From NCBI GenBank assembly GCA_965248805.1, contig CBDFKJ010000009.1, positions 1,734,297 to 1,798,296 of the forward strand: 64,000 bases of DNA, written 5' to 3'. Positions 29,229 through 40,467 of the stretch are shown piece by piece; positions within the stretch are counted from its first letter, which is position 1; each line of letters begins with the position of its first letter. The notes under the pieces are model-generated. The model worked only from the letters and a program-made list of their open reading frames with translations, searched no databases and was not told the DNA's origin. The DNA comes from Alphaproteobacteria bacterium (GTDB taxonomy: Bacteria; Pseudomonadota; Alphaproteobacteria; UBA6615). A program made the position numbers and the translations under genes.

Positions 29229-30731
29229 TCAGTTGCCGTCGCCGCGCGACCCTCTGTCGCCGCGCGACTCGCTGTCGCCGTGCGACCCGCTGTCGCCGTG
29301 CGACCCGAACGGCCGGTTGCCGGGCTGCAGGACGGCGGCCATGGTTGTGTCGCGATTGCGCGGCACCGGCGGCGGCATGGTCTGGCGCACCGGCCGTCCC
29401 CAGCCGGGCGGCGCCACGATCTCGCCATTGCGCGCCACCAACTTGCCGCGCACGAACGTCATCACCGGCAGTCCCCGCACCTCGGTACCCTCATAGGGCG
29501 TGATCTGAGAGCGCGAGTGTAGACCGCCGGCGCGGATCACATCGCTGCGGCGCATATCGACGATCACGATATCGGCGTCGGCGCCGGCCTGTAACGTGCC
29601 TTTGTGCGGATAAAGGCCCCAAGCCTTCGCGGGGTTGGCGGCGGTGATGCGCGCAAAATGGCTCAGCGATAACCGGCCCTTGGCCACCTGTGTCAGCATC
29701 AGGGGCATCGCGGTCTCGACACCCGGGAACCCGCAGGCGCAATCCCAGATGGTGTCGCCCCGCTTTTCACCGGGCAGGTGCGGTGCATGGTCGCTGGCGA
29801 GCATGTCTAGGGTGCCGTCCATCAGCGCCTGCCACAACGGCGCCTGATGCGCGCGCTCGCGGACGGGCGGGTTGATGCGCATCAGACCGCCGACCGCCTC
29901 CATGTCCTCCGCTGCGAGAAACAGGAAGTGAGGACATGTCTCCGCAGTCACGTCGACACCGCGCGCTTTGGCGGCGCGTAGGCTCGGCAGATTGTGGCGC
30001 GAGTTTTCGTGCGCGATGTGCAGGCGGCAGCCGGTCCATTCGGCGAAGGCGATGGCGCGGCCCAGCGCCTCGATAGCGCACACTTCCGGGCGCGCTGCCA
30101 AATGGGCCAGCGGATCGCCGCGCCCGGCGGCGCGCAGCTTGCGTTCGCGCCATTCCATGATCGGCGCGTTCTCGGCGTGCACCGTGCAGCGCTTGCCGAG
30201 GCCGGCGATGATCTCGAAGCCCTCCAATATCGCCCCGTCGGGCGGGCACGGCAGATTGCCGGTGGTATTGCCGAGGAACAGCTTGAAGCCGATCACGCCG
30301 CCGGCGGCTAATGGCTCGAGCAGGTGCAGGTTGCCTTCGTCGAGCAGGCCGTAGATGCCGTAGTCGACGAGTGCCTTCTCCGCCGCAGCCTGTTGTTTGA
30401 TCAGCAAGGCCTCGGGCGTGGCGGTTGGCGGGTCGGTGTTCGGCATTTCGAATACGGTCGTGACGCCGCCGCAGGCCGCGGCGGCAGTGCCCGTGCCCCA
30501 GTCCTCCTTGTGGATCGGCCCGGGCTCGCGGAAATGGACATGCACGTCGATAGCGCCCGGCAGCACGTGCAGACCATCGGCGTCGACGGTCTCGGCCGCC
30601 GGCGGCATGATCGATGCGTCGCCGATGGCGACAATGCGTTCGCCGTCGATCGCCACCGAGGCGTCGAACTCACCGTCCGGCGTTACCAACGTGCCGCCGT
30701 TGATCACCAGATCGATTGCAGGCCCCGTCAT
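29229..30731 (-). CDS. cyclic amidohydrolase (dihydroorotase/allantoinase/dihydropyrimidinase family) with a C-terminal hexapeptide repeat tail
   Basis: Metal-binding DVHVHFREPG, later HAEN, HIAH and SDHAP motifs. The tail is SHGDSG-SHGDSE-SRGDRG-SRGDGN. Confidence 0.8.
   Translation of the reverse strand: MTGPAIDLVINGGTLVTPDGEFDASVAIDGERIVAIGDASIMPPAAETVDADGLHVLPGAIDVHVHFREPGPIHKEDWGTGTAAAACGGVTTVFEMPNTDPPTATPEALLIKQQAAAEKALVDYGIYGLLDEGNLHLLEPLAAGGVIGFKLFLGNTTGNLPCPPDGAILEGFEIIAGLGKRCTVHAENAPIMEWRERKLRAAGRGDPLAHLAARPEVCAIEALGRAIAFAEWTGCRLHIAHENSRHNLPSLRAAKARGVDVTAETCPHFLFLAAEDMEAVGGLMRINPPVRERAHQAPLWQALMDGTLDMLASDHAPHLPGEKRGDTIWDCACGFPGVETAMPLMLTQVAKGRLSLSHFARITAANPAKAWGLYPHKGTLQAGADADIVIVDMRRSDVIRAGGLHSRSQITPYEGTEVRGLPVMTFVRGKLVARNGEIVAPPGWGRPVRQTMPPPVPRNRDTTMAAVLQPGNRPFGSHGDSGSHGDSESRGDRGSRGDGN
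29232..29303. repeat. 4 x 18-bp tandem repeat (gtcgccg[c/t]gcgac[c/t]cg[c/a]t) encoding the amidohydrolase C-terminal hexapeptide repeats
   Basis: Four consecutive near-identical 18-bp units, in frame, immediately before the stop codon. Confidence 0.8.
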
Positions 30732-30854
30732 CGATCCCTCCGCCCCATCGCGCGTTGCCCAAGCTAGTGATCAAGTCGCCCCCGCACAAACGGCGTTGGC
30801 GCGGATTGTCGCCACCGGCGCCGGCGCCTATCGTGGGCGCGCGACGGCGACCGA

Positions 30855-31731
30855 TTGGATCATCCGATGCCGGCGCATGCCGACGAGATCGAGGCGATTG
30901 AAATCGCTGCGCTGGAGGATTTGGTGGCGGCGGCAGACGGGACGGTGCGCGCCGAGTTGAGCATCTCGCCGCGGCGGATTGGCGATGCGTACGTGGTCAG
31001 TGCGGCCGTGCTGCCCACTACGGCGATCGTGATTAATCGCGCGATCGGCCTCGGGCTGGCCGCGCCGGCGTCACACACGACCATAGAGCAGATCGCGGCC
31101 CACTACAGCGGCGCCGGCGTCGAGCGCTACTTCGTGCACGTCCATCCCGACGCGCAGCCGGCGGCCATCGGGGACTGGCTGGAAGACTGTGGCCTCGCCC
31201 GCGCACGTGGGTGGGCCAAGTTTACGCGCGGCCGCGACGCTCTCGCGCCGGCGTCTTCGACGCTGGACATCCGCCCCGCCGACGCGTCGGACACACGCGC
31301 GTTCGGACGACGCATTCGACCTCGGCGACGCCGCCGTTAGTTGGTTGGCGGCTTTGGTCGGCCGTGCCGGTTGGCACATCTATGTAAGCTGTGACGGTGA
31401 CACGGTCGCGGGCACAGGAGCGCTGTTCGTCAAGAACGGCGTCGGTTGGCTGGATTGGGGCGCCACGGCGCCCGCCTATCGCCGGCGCGGCAGCCAGAGC
31501 GCGATCTTGCGGCGGCGGGTCGAGGCGGCGCTCGATCTAGGGTGTCACGTTTTGGTGACGGAGACCGGCGAGGCGGCGGCGCCCACACAGCGGGCGCAGT
31601 GTTCGCCAGGATCCGCAATCCGACAGGGTTTGGGAGGAATGCGGGCACGGCTATCAGGGAGTCGCAGGTTTGGGTGTGCCGGACGCAAGCGAATTCGTCG
31701 TGGGTGTGTGAGGGCGCGAGTTCATGCGTGA
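30855..31731 (+). pseudogene. GNAT-family N-acetyltransferase, frameshifted near 31290-31320; C-terminus looks degraded
   Basis: Frame 1 runs 30855..31340. Frame 2 runs 31189..31731 and carries the GNAT motif-A region (RRRGSQSAILRRRVEAALDLGCHVLVTETGE). The two frames overlap by about 150 nt. Confidence 0.5.
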
Positions 31732-31770
31732 TGCCGACTGCGTCGGCTCGGCAACGGGACAGGTAACGAC

Positions 31771-34038
31771 ATGGTTGTGGCTCAGGATTTGGAACGTCCG
31801 GTCAATGTAGGCTCACCTGTCGCGGCGAACACGACCGTGCCGCCGCCGCAGCAGGAGGAAGACTTCGACTTCGCCAAGCTCGTCGGCATTCTGTGGCGGC
31901 AGAAGTACCTCATTTCGGGAACGATTGTCGTGTTGGCCCTGTTGGTTGTGTTCGCGCTGTCGCAATTGGTGCCGCGGTATACGGCAGAAGCCAAGGTGCT
32001 CATCGATGCACCAAGAGGGCAACTGGTGGACATAGAAGCCGTGTTGTCCGGTTTGCCCGCGGACGCCGGTTCGATCGAAACCGAGATGCAGGTCATCCAG
32101 TCACGCGGCCTGGCGGAAAAGACCGTGACGGAGTTGCGTCTCGACCAGGATCCCGAGTTCAACGCGGCGCTCCGGGAATCGCGGGGCCTGAGGAACGTCT
32201 TTTCGCGCATTGTTTCCGATGGCCTGTTCCGCACGGCAGCGGTGAACAAGATCGACGACGGTGTCGGCGCCGTGCCGGTGAGCAAGTCCGGCTGGGCGGA
32301 TGTGCTGACGGCGTTCGACAGCCGTCTACAAGTGGCTCAAGTCGGCATCTCGCGGGTCATCAGCATCAACTACACGTCGGAGAACCCGCAGACGGCGGCT
32401 GCCGTCGCCAATACGCTCGCTGACTACTATGTGGTGGCACAGCTGGAGGCAAAGTTCGACGCGACCCAGCGCGCCAACGCCTGGCTTGGCGAGCGGCTGG
32501 CCGAGTTGCGTACGCAGGTGGAGCAGTCAGAAACCGCCGTCGAGAATTTCAAGGAGGCCTCGGGCCTCGTGCAGGGCCGCGACTCCACTCTTACCAACCA
32601 GCAGATCTCGGAGATCAGCACCCAGTTGGTGCTGGCGCGCACGTTGCGCGTGGAGGCCGAAGCGCGGTTGCGACAGGTGGAGGATGTGTTCCGCTCCGGC
32701 CGCAGCGTCGATACCATTATTGAAGTCGTTCAATCGCCGCTGATCCGCAGCCTGCGTGAACAGGAAGTGGAGCTGGAGCGGGAGCTGGCGAGTCTTGGAC
32801 TGCGGTTCGGCGAGCGCCATCCGCAGATGATCAATGCCCGGGCCGAAATGGCCGATCTGCGCAGCAGCATCAACGCGGAGATCGACAAGATCGTTCGCAG
32901 CCTCAGCAACGAAGTGGACGTGGCCGGCGCGCGCGAGGCGGCCATGAACGAATCCCTCACGTCCCTGAAGCGGGACCTCGTGGTGCTGAACAAGTCTGAG
33001 GTCGAGTTGCGGGCGCTGGCGCGCGAAGCCGAAGCCAATCGCCGTCTGTTCGACACGTTCCTGAACCGCTCGAAGGAAGTCAGCGCGCAGTCCGATTTTC
33101 AGCAGGCCGATGCCAGCATCATCTCGCGCGCCGATCCGCCGGGGTCGGCTTCATTCCCCAACAAGCCGGTGTTCTTGCTTCTCGGCTTTGCGGCCGCGTT
33201 GGGACTGGGCGTCATATTCGGCTTTGTCGCCGAGACCATGGACCGCGGTTTCACCGGTTCCGAGCAAATGGAGCGGCAGCTCGGCGTGCCGACGCTGGGT
33301 ATCGTGCCAAAGCTGTCGGGTATGCGCCGGTTCGGGATGCGTCCGGAGGCCTATGTGCTGCGCAAACCGACCTCCGGCTTCGGGGAGTCGCTGCAAAGCC
33401 TGTATATGAGCCTGCTGTTCTCTGACGTCGACCGGCCGCCGAAGACGGTATTGGTGACGTCATCGCTGCCGAAGGAAGGCAAATCGTCGTTGGTGGCGTC
33501 GCTGGCGCGGCTATTGGCTCACAACGGCCAGAGCGTGCTGGTTATCGATTGCGATCTGCGCCTGCCGAATATTCACAAAGTGTTCGGTCTCGATCCGAAG
33601 CCGGGCGTCACCGACTTCGTTCAGGCCAGCACGGCCGTTGAGTATGTCATCAACCAGGATCGGCGTTCGGGCGTGCACGTCATTCCGGCGGGGTCGACGA
33701 CGACGAACCCGAGCAACATCCTGGCCTCTCGTGCGATGCAGCAAATGCTGCAGCAGGTATCGCAGAAATACGACACCGTACTGATCGATTCGCCACCGGT
33801 GCTGGCTGTGTCGGATAGCCGCATCCTGTCCAATTTCGCGGACAAGACCATCTATCTGGTGCGTTGGAAGGAAACCCGACGCGAGATCGTCCGCTCCGGG
33901 CTCAAGCTCCTTTCCGGGGCGGGCGGAGAGGTCGCCGGCACGGTTCTGACCATGACCGATGCCAAGAAGCACGCGCAGTACAGCTTTGGCGATACTGGCA
34001 ACACGCTCGGCCGTCTCACGAAATACTACGTCGATTGA
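31771..34038 (+). CDS. polysaccharide chain-length determinant / tyrosine autokinase (Wzc/ExoP/GumC family)
   Basis: N-terminal Wzz domain with TM helix, long coiled-coil periplasmic region, second TM helix, then C-terminal P-loop kinase (Walker A SSLPKEGKSS, VLVIDCDLR, LIDSPPVL). Confidence 0.85.
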   Translation: MVVAQDLERPVNVGSPVAANTTVPPPQQEEDFDFAKLVGILWRQKYLISGTIVVLALLVVFALSQLVPRYTAEAKVLIDAPRGQLVDIEAVLSGLPADAGSIETEMQVIQSRGLAEKTVTELRLDQDPEFNAALRESRGLRNVFSRIVSDGLFRTAAVNKIDDGVGAVPVSKSGWADVLTAFDSRLQVAQVGISRVISINYTSENPQTAAAVANTLADYYVVAQLEAKFDATQRANAWLGERLAELRTQVEQSETAVENFKEASGLVQGRDSTLTNQQISEISTQLVLARTLRVEAEARLRQVEDVFRSGRSVDTIIEVVQSPLIRSLREQEVELERELASLGLRFGERHPQMINARAEMADLRSSINAEIDKIVRSLSNEVDVAGAREAAMNESLTSLKRDLVVLNKSEVELRALAREAEANRRLFDTFLNRSKEVSAQSDFQQADASIISRADPPGSASFPNKPVFLLLGFAAALGLGVIFGFVAETMDRGFTGSEQMERQLGVPTLGIVPKLSGMRRFGMRPEAYVLRKPTSGFGESLQSLYMSLLFSDVDRPPKTVLVTSSLPKEGKSSLVASLARLLAHNGQSVLVIDCDLRLPNIHKVFGLDPKPGVTDFVQASTAVEYVINQDRRSGVHVIPAGSTTTNPSNILASRAMQQMLQQVSQKYDTVLIDSPPVLAVSDSRILSNFADKTIYLVRWKETRREIVRSGLKLLSGAGGEVAGTVLTMTDAKKHAQYSFGDTGNTLGRLTKYYVD

Positions 34039-34262
34039 AGTCGGCGGCAGCGGTCGGTGTGTTCGGGTGCTCGCCTGCCCGTGCGTTTTCGATCAATCGG
34101 CGTGCGGCCGATTGCGGGCAGCGCGAACGTGCGCGCGCCATTGCGCACAATCGTGCCCGTGGTAATACTCATGCGGCTGCTTGTGCTTGAGGCTGGCGCG
34201 TGCCTCTTCTTTGCGCGATCACCCACGCCTGTTGGAATCTGGCTGCGAAGGTACTCGTGACG

Positions 34263-34853
34263 TCGATGAATCGGAATAGTTCCCCGAACATCAGCGCCCT
34301 GGCGGCGGTTGCGCTTTTGTTCGTCGCCTGTCAGCCCGTGTCGACGATCCCCGTCGGCCCAGTGACCCCGAACGCGCAAACCTTCCGAGCATCCGACTAC
34401 GCCGTACAACCCGGTGACGTAGTGGGCATCAGGGTGTTCGAAAACCCGGAATTGTCCTCGACCTACCGCGTGCCGCCGGAGGGCGTGATCGATCTGCCTT
34501 TGATCGGTGAAGTCACGATGGCTGGTCAGACCCCACAGGCCATCGAGACCGACGTGACCGAGCGGCTTGGCGACGGTTTCATCGTCGAGCCGCGGGTCAG
34601 TATCGAAGTGGTCGAGTATCGTCCGGTGTTCATTCTGGGCGGTGTTCGCGTTCCCGGCATCGTCTCGTACACGCCGGGAGTGACGGTCCTGGGGGCGGTT
34701 GCCGCGTCGGGCGGACATTCACAATTCGCGGTGCTCAGTCTGCCGCCGAACATCATCCGCGCGAGCGACGCATCGAAGACGAAGGTGCAGGCCAGCATGG
34801 CTGATCCGGTCAATCCCGGCGACATCATCGAGATCCCCGAACTATTCCGCTGA
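34263..34853 (+). CDS. polysaccharide export protein (Wza/ExoF/GumB-like, short form)
   Basis: Lipoprotein-like signal ...LLFVAC. Poly_export motif YAVQPGDVVGIRVFENPELSSTYRVPPEGVIDLPLIGEV..G.T. The ORF-track start at 34200 is probably too early. Confidence 0.75.
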   Translation, partial: SMNRNSSPNISALAAVALLFVACQPVSTIPVGPVTPNAQTFRASDYAVQPGDVVGIRVFENPELSSTYRVPPEGVIDLPLIGEVTMAGQTPQAIETDVTERLGDGFIVEPRVSIEVVEYRPVFILGGVRVPGIVSYTPGVTVLGAVAASGGHSQFAVLSLPPNIIRASDASKTKVQASMADPVNPGDIIEIPELFR

Positions 34854-35925
34854 TCGCCGGACCCGGCTTGCGTTCTACGGCAAGAGCCGCCTGATCAGTG
34901 CGCGGCTAGGGTCTGGCCATTCAGCCGGTCCGGCAGCGGCACATCGAGCAGCGACAACACGGTTGGCGCAATGTCGAGCACGCAGGCCTCGCCGCTGTTG
35001 GCGCCGGCGCTGAATTGCGGGCCCATGGCCCATAGGCGCGAATGCGAATTGTGGTCGCCGGTGCGGTCGCCCAGCATCTTGCCTATCGGCATCCTGATCT
35101 CGCCGATACGGTTCGATCGGCAGGCTTCGATCAGGCCGAGGTCATCCCGGAATTCAACCAGCAAGTCCGGCAGATCCGGATGATGCTCGGCGCCATACAA
35201 GTCGTCGGCGCGCAGGATCGTCTTGACGATCTTCTCGCCGCTCCGCGGATGCTCCAGCTCCATGAACGCGGCACTGAGTTCGTCCAGTATGGCCTGCGCC
35301 GGCGCCCCCGGCTCGACCCGGCCGTTGGGATCGCGCCCCTTGAGGTTCAAGCGGATGGCACCGATCGCATTGTTCTGTACCGACGCTGCGCGGGTGTGGG
35401 TCGATTCCCAGTGATCAAGCAGGCATCCGGATCGATCCTAAATACCGCGCAAGGCGCTGCTGTGGCCGAGACGACGCCGATAGGGATAAAGGCTCTGCGG
35501 TGCGTTGCGCTTGATGGTGGCTTGCACCCGTCGGATAACGCTGTCCTGAGCGCCGTCACCGGCTGTTCCCATGCCCAGGCGTACGACGATCTCTTCCATC
35601 AGCTGCATGCCGCCCGTCAGCGCTCGCATGCCTTGCGGGGCGAATACCAGCACCGTGCAGTCCTCGCCGGCGGCCTCGATCAGCTTGCCGATCGCCTCGT
35701 CCGCGGCGCCGTAAACTGTTCGCATCGCGTCCTTGGAGCGCTGCGGCGCGGCAGGATCGTGCCGGTAGTGCGATGGGTCTTGGAAGTGCCAGAAGTGGTG
35801 GCCGGCGCAGTGCATTTCGGTGATGCCGCAGGCGAACAAGTCCCAGTCGCCCTGCGCCATGACTTCTTGGTACATCGCCGTGCGCCGCCGAACGCCCTCC
35901 AGCAAGTCGTCGAGCAATTCGTTAG

Positions 35926-36954
35926 GCTCAATTCGCAAACCGTAGGCATGGTTTAGCCATCGCCGCTTGGAGACAGGCTCTCGGGGACGGCCGGTCGCCG
36001 AGTTCGATGAGATGGAACCACCTGAGATAGCTGTCGAGGTACTTGGTAGCGATGCCGTGGAAGCCTCGCAGGAAGCCCTTGATCTGGCTGTGGCGGCTGT
36101 TGACCGTCTGGATGTGCAGGGCGCCGCGGACCCGCTCGCCGGCGGCGCCGTTGATGCTCTCGTGAGGGATGTCGAGCGCCGCCGCGACGGGCGGATAGCA
36201 GCGGTTGGCGTCGGAGACGAGCAAGGCATCGCGGGCGACGACCGGCTCCAGCGCCTCCTTCACGCTGTCTGCGTTGAGAGCGGGCAGGGTATGGCTGAGG
36301 GTCGCGCCGGCTCGGTCGGCGGCGACCAGGACCGGCACCTGCTCGCGCGAGAGGCCGCGTTTGCGGGCCTTGCCGCCGCGCCGGCGCGGCTTGCGGTCCA
36401 GCTTCCGCTCTCCCTTCCGGCTCTCAAGAACGAAGGTCTCGTCGGCCTCGACGATCCCGGCAAGCCGGTCCGGCGCTTGCCGAACCGCCTCCAGAAAGCG
36501 GTGGCGCCAGCGAAACGCCGTGCTCGGCGCAATCCCGCAGCGCTCGGCAGCCTCTCGTATCGTCTCGCCTTCGGCAAGCGACGCGCCGAAGGCCAGCCAG
36601 CGCTCCTTGTGGTGCAGGCCCGACAGCGCCGTGCCGGTGAGCGCGCCGAATGTCTTCCCACAGGCCTTGCAGCGATAAGCGACGCAGACCGCGTGCCTTG
36701 CCCCGCGACACCGCCCCGCCGCCGCCGCAATGAGGACAGCACCGCTCGTCGTCCACGCCCAGTTCGATCGCCGCCAGCGAGGCTGCGCCCTCCGACAGCT
36801 CCGACAACACCGCCGCGACCTCCTTGCGCTGCGCCGCCGTCAACTCATCAACATGCGAAAACCAGTCGCGAAACCGCTCGCGATCCATCTGCCTGATCTC
36901 CCACGCCAATCGGGGAACAGTCTACCACTACGCATACGCTTCGCGAATTGAGCC
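35926..36954 (-). mobile_element. IS1595-family IS, type 2 (1029 bp), 8-bp TSD ATTCGTTA; transposase split over at least 2 frames
   Basis: Inverted repeats ggctcaattcgc[a/g]aa[c/g]cgta[g/t]gc. TSD at 35918-25 and 36955-62. Transposase fragments at 36424..36909 (CPHCG zinc ribbon) and 35928..36338 (HIQTVNSRHSQIKGF...YLRWFHL). Confidence 0.8.
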
Positions 36955-37255
36955 ATTCGTTATAGCCGTCGGCGGTCTTGGGATAGCGGTCGCAGCGGCC
37001 GAATGCCTTGCTAGTTACGGGGTGCTTGCCGTGGTGGCCGCACAGCTGGTCCACGAGGCTGGCCGGTTTTGACGCCAGGCCGAATTCCGGGTCATGCATG
37101 CCCCATTCCATGACCTGCACGCCGTTGAGCTGCGGGTTCAGTACGCTGTATGGCACGTCCAGGACAGCGACCTTGCGGCCCGAATCGCTGGCGACGCTCC
37201 AGTAGAAGTTGTTCGGATCGACTTCGTCGGCGCGGATTGGCCGGCGCTGGACCTA

Positions 37256-38396
37256 GTGGAGGGATCGGAATGAAAGAGTCCGAATTGGGATTCCGTATTT
37301 TGCTGTGTTATGCGAATCTGGCGCATGCGCAGTGGAATCTCCTTCACCCTATCCGCCGGCGACCGTCAGCGATTGCGCGCGGTCGTCGCGGATCCCAAGA
37401 GCCCGCAGAAACACGTCTGGCGGGCACATATTGTCCTTCTCAGCGGCGAGGGTCTGGGCACCTCGGCGATCATGACCGAGACCGGCAAGTCCAAGACCTG
37501 CGTGTGGCGCTGGCAAGAGCGGTTCATGCACGAGGGTGTCGGCGGCCTGCTTCGCGACAAGTCCCGTCCGCCCGGCAAGGCGCCGGTCCCGCTCGATCGT
37601 GTCGCCGAGATCGTGCGCCTGACGCAGCAACCGCCGCCGTTTGAGGCGACCCACTGGACGTTGCGCGCGATGGCCAGGGCGGCCGGTATTGCCGCCTCGA
37701 CGGTGCAGGCGATCTGGAAGGCTCACGGTCTCAGCCCGCACCGCTGGCGCAACTTCAAGCTGTCGACCGACCCTGCCTTCGCCGAGAAACTCACCGATAT
37801 CGTCGGCCTGTATGTCGACCCGCCGGCCCATGCGGTGGTGTTGTCGATCGATGAGAAGTCACAGATCCAGGCGCTCGACCGCCGGTCTGCCGATGAAGAA
37901 GGGACGCGCCGGCACCATGACCCATGACTACAAACGGCACGGCACGACCACGCTGTTTGCGGCGCTCAACGTTCTGGACGGAACGGTGATCGGCCAGAAC
38001 ATGCAGCGCCACCGCCATCAGGAGTTCATCCGCTTCCTCAACCGCATCGAGCGCACGGTGCCGGCGGACAAGGCCATCCACGCGATCGTCGACAACTACG
38101 CGGCGCACAACAAGGACAAGGTCCGCGCCTGGCTCGCCCGCCATCCGCGCTGGACTTTCCACTTCACACCGACCTCCTGCTCGTGGCTCAATGCCGTCGA
38201 GGGCTTCTTCGCAAAACTCACCCGGCGGCGGCTCAAGCACGGCGTCTTCCATTCCGTCGTCGATCTCCAGGCCGCAATCAACCGCTTCGTCCGCGAATAC
38301 AATGCGGCCAACCCACAGCCATTCATATGGAAAGCCGACCCCGACGACATCATCGCAGCCCGAAACCGAGGGTTCCAAACGTTGGAATCAATCCAC
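37256..38396 (+). mobile_element. IS630-family IS copy 3 (CTAG target, TA duplication) inside the phosphodiesterase-like gene
   Basis: orfA 37310..37927 and orfB 37641..38399, identical to copy 2. Flanked by TA at 37254-55 and 38397-98. Confidence 0.85.
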
Positions 38397-38764
38397 TAGC
38401 CGGTGCGCAGTTGGCGCGGGTAGTTGTAGTGGCCGAGTTTGGCGACCGATAGCCCGCTGTTTATCTGGGGCCACAGTGCGCCGGGTAGCGTGTCCATCGG
38501 GTTGTCCCGCGCCAGGCTCCAGCCGGCTCCGTTCTCTTGTAGCCGGCCAAAGGTCGGCAAGGCACCCTCGTTTCCCCAATAGCGTAGCAGCGACGATTCC
38601 GAACCGTCCAGACCAATCACCAAAAGTCGCGCTGTCATTTCGGCATGTTCCTCCCTGGCAACATTATTTGTGCCGAGCACATGTGTGAGTGCCCGGCTCA
38701 TTGACCGCCTCTGTGCTGGTCTGCGATCCCCCGGTCGCTTATGCAGCGCTCCTGGTGGCCACCT

Positions 38765-40193
38765 TAGCAGCCCGTTGAAGAAGACTGAGTTGATGAAGCA
38801 TCGGGCGTGATAACAATGGCGGCGGCGAGACCCGGCGCCGGGGGGTTATTGAGGGCGAGGATAATGATCAGCGATTGTTCCTGTCGCAAGACAAGCAGCA
38901 GGACCGCCAAGCCCTTGGCCGCAGCCTCTCGCGGGGTCCCGGCGCCGATCAACTGGCGCAATAGGACGCCCAGGTTGTGTCCGGCGACGTGGATCAGATA
39001 GCGCTTGCCGACGTTCTCGCGCCCACGCAGCCAAGTGCGGCGCATGCCGCCGCGATCGAGGACCTGGGCGAAGCCCCGCTCGACCACTTCGGCGCGGAGT
39101 TTGAACGCGGCCTTCGCCACGCCCGACAGCAATCGGTTGCGGTTGTTGTAAACGGCCCGCCGAGCGGCGTCGTCGCCGTGCCAGCGCGAGAGCCCCTTGC
39201 CCTTCGGTTCGGCGATGCGGGTCGTCCAGGCGCCGTCGGCAAGGGACTTCAGCACCTCGCGGCCGAAGTAGCCTTTGTCGGTCACCAGCTCCGCCGGTTC
39301 GTCGGCCGTCGGCGCTGCGCCCACAGCCGCCAGCTTGGCCTCGGCTGACGTCAACGTTGTCGGCAGGGTGGTCGTGTCGCCCTGATCGGCCGGATACAGC
39401 TCGGCCGCGATCACCGCCCCGGTGTCGAGGTCGACCGCGTGTTCGGGCTTGTAGGCCAGATGCGTCGTGCCGTCCTTCATCCTGGCGATTTTGGCCTCCG
39501 CGTCGAGACCCAGTCCGCATTGGAGAGTTTCTTGCCCTTGCGCCGCCGATCCATCTGCGCCAAGTCATTCGCCGCGGTCTCGATCCCGCTGTCGGCGGCC
39601 ATGCGCTGCAGCATCTGGCGATAGCTTTCGCCGCTGTCGCGGCGCACGATCGAGCGCAGCGCCGCGTTCGCCTCCATGGTCGAAGCATCGACCCCAATCC
39701 GCTCGCCCTTGACCAGGCCGTGCTCGCCAAGAACGTCCAGCACCCAGGCGAACACTGCCTCATGCACCGCGTGCGGCTGCGGATCGTGCTCAACGACGAG
39801 TGGTCAGGCACACGTGCGCGCGCCTCCAGGCGCAAGAACTCACGCAGCGACAAGCTGTCGGCGCACCGCCACTCCAACGCCCGCTCACTGTCGAGGCCTT
39901 CGAAGTAGCCGACCAGGTGCATCCGGAAGTAACGCCCCGGTGGGATTCCCGGACGTCCGATCCCTGGCGCGTAATAGGGCTCACACAGGTCCTCGGCGAA
40001 CGCATCGAAACCGGCATCGACCAGCCAGCTGGTCGTAAAACACGTGGCCGGGCGAGCGAGGCATCTCTGCCCAACTGACCATCAAGTCCACCTGTCGATC
40101 CCCTTGTCGTCCCAACGCCATGACGAAGCTCCCGACTCGAACCATGCCCTCGTCACAGAGTCAGATGGCCGCGACTTTTTCAACGGGCTGCTA
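38765..40193 (-). mobile_element. IS1182-like element, divergent isoform (type D), transposase disrupted by several frameshifts
   Basis: Termini tagcagcccgttgaagaag... and ...ttcaacgggctgcta. Transposase pieces at 38764..39480, 39477..39767 and 39790..40074 share colinear similarity with the 452-aa transposase. Confidence 0.7.
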
Positions 40194-40467
40194 GCCCTGA
40201 ATTCTGGCCGTTTTTGCCCTTGCACTGCAAGTCGCGGACAAACAAAAAGTCCACAGGCCGAAGGCGGGCGAGGATATCGGGCGGCCCGATCGGCGCCTAT
40301 TCCGAAGTCGAGCAAATTACTGCAAGGAGGTCGGTGCATCGCATGGCGTCACTCCGCCGATGGCTCGGAAATGCTTCGCGCGTGCAGATCCTGACGCTCG
40401 CCTCCGATGCGGCGATCACCTACTTCTTCCGCCTCGCCGCGGCGCTGCTGGCTTACGCCACACAACT

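Larger units (their letters stand above)
34895..38656 (-). pseudogene. alkaline-phosphatase-superfamily protein (type I phosphodiesterase/nucleotide pyrophosphatase-like) broken by two IS insertions, a frameshift and an in-frame stop
   Basis: Pieces are colinear across both IS insertions after removing element plus TSD. They are 38656-38399 (MTARLLVIGLDGSESS...), 37253-36955, 35925-35438 and 35350-34895 (...GDHNSHS...DIAPTVLSLLDVPLP). The reconstructed IS630 target leaves an in-frame TAG. Confidence 0.5.

Noticed and set aside
35042-36896. Plus-strand ORFs 35042..35956 and 35967..36896
   Set aside because: Antisense to the phosphodiesterase-like gene and the IS1595 type-2 transposase, which carry recognisable motifs.
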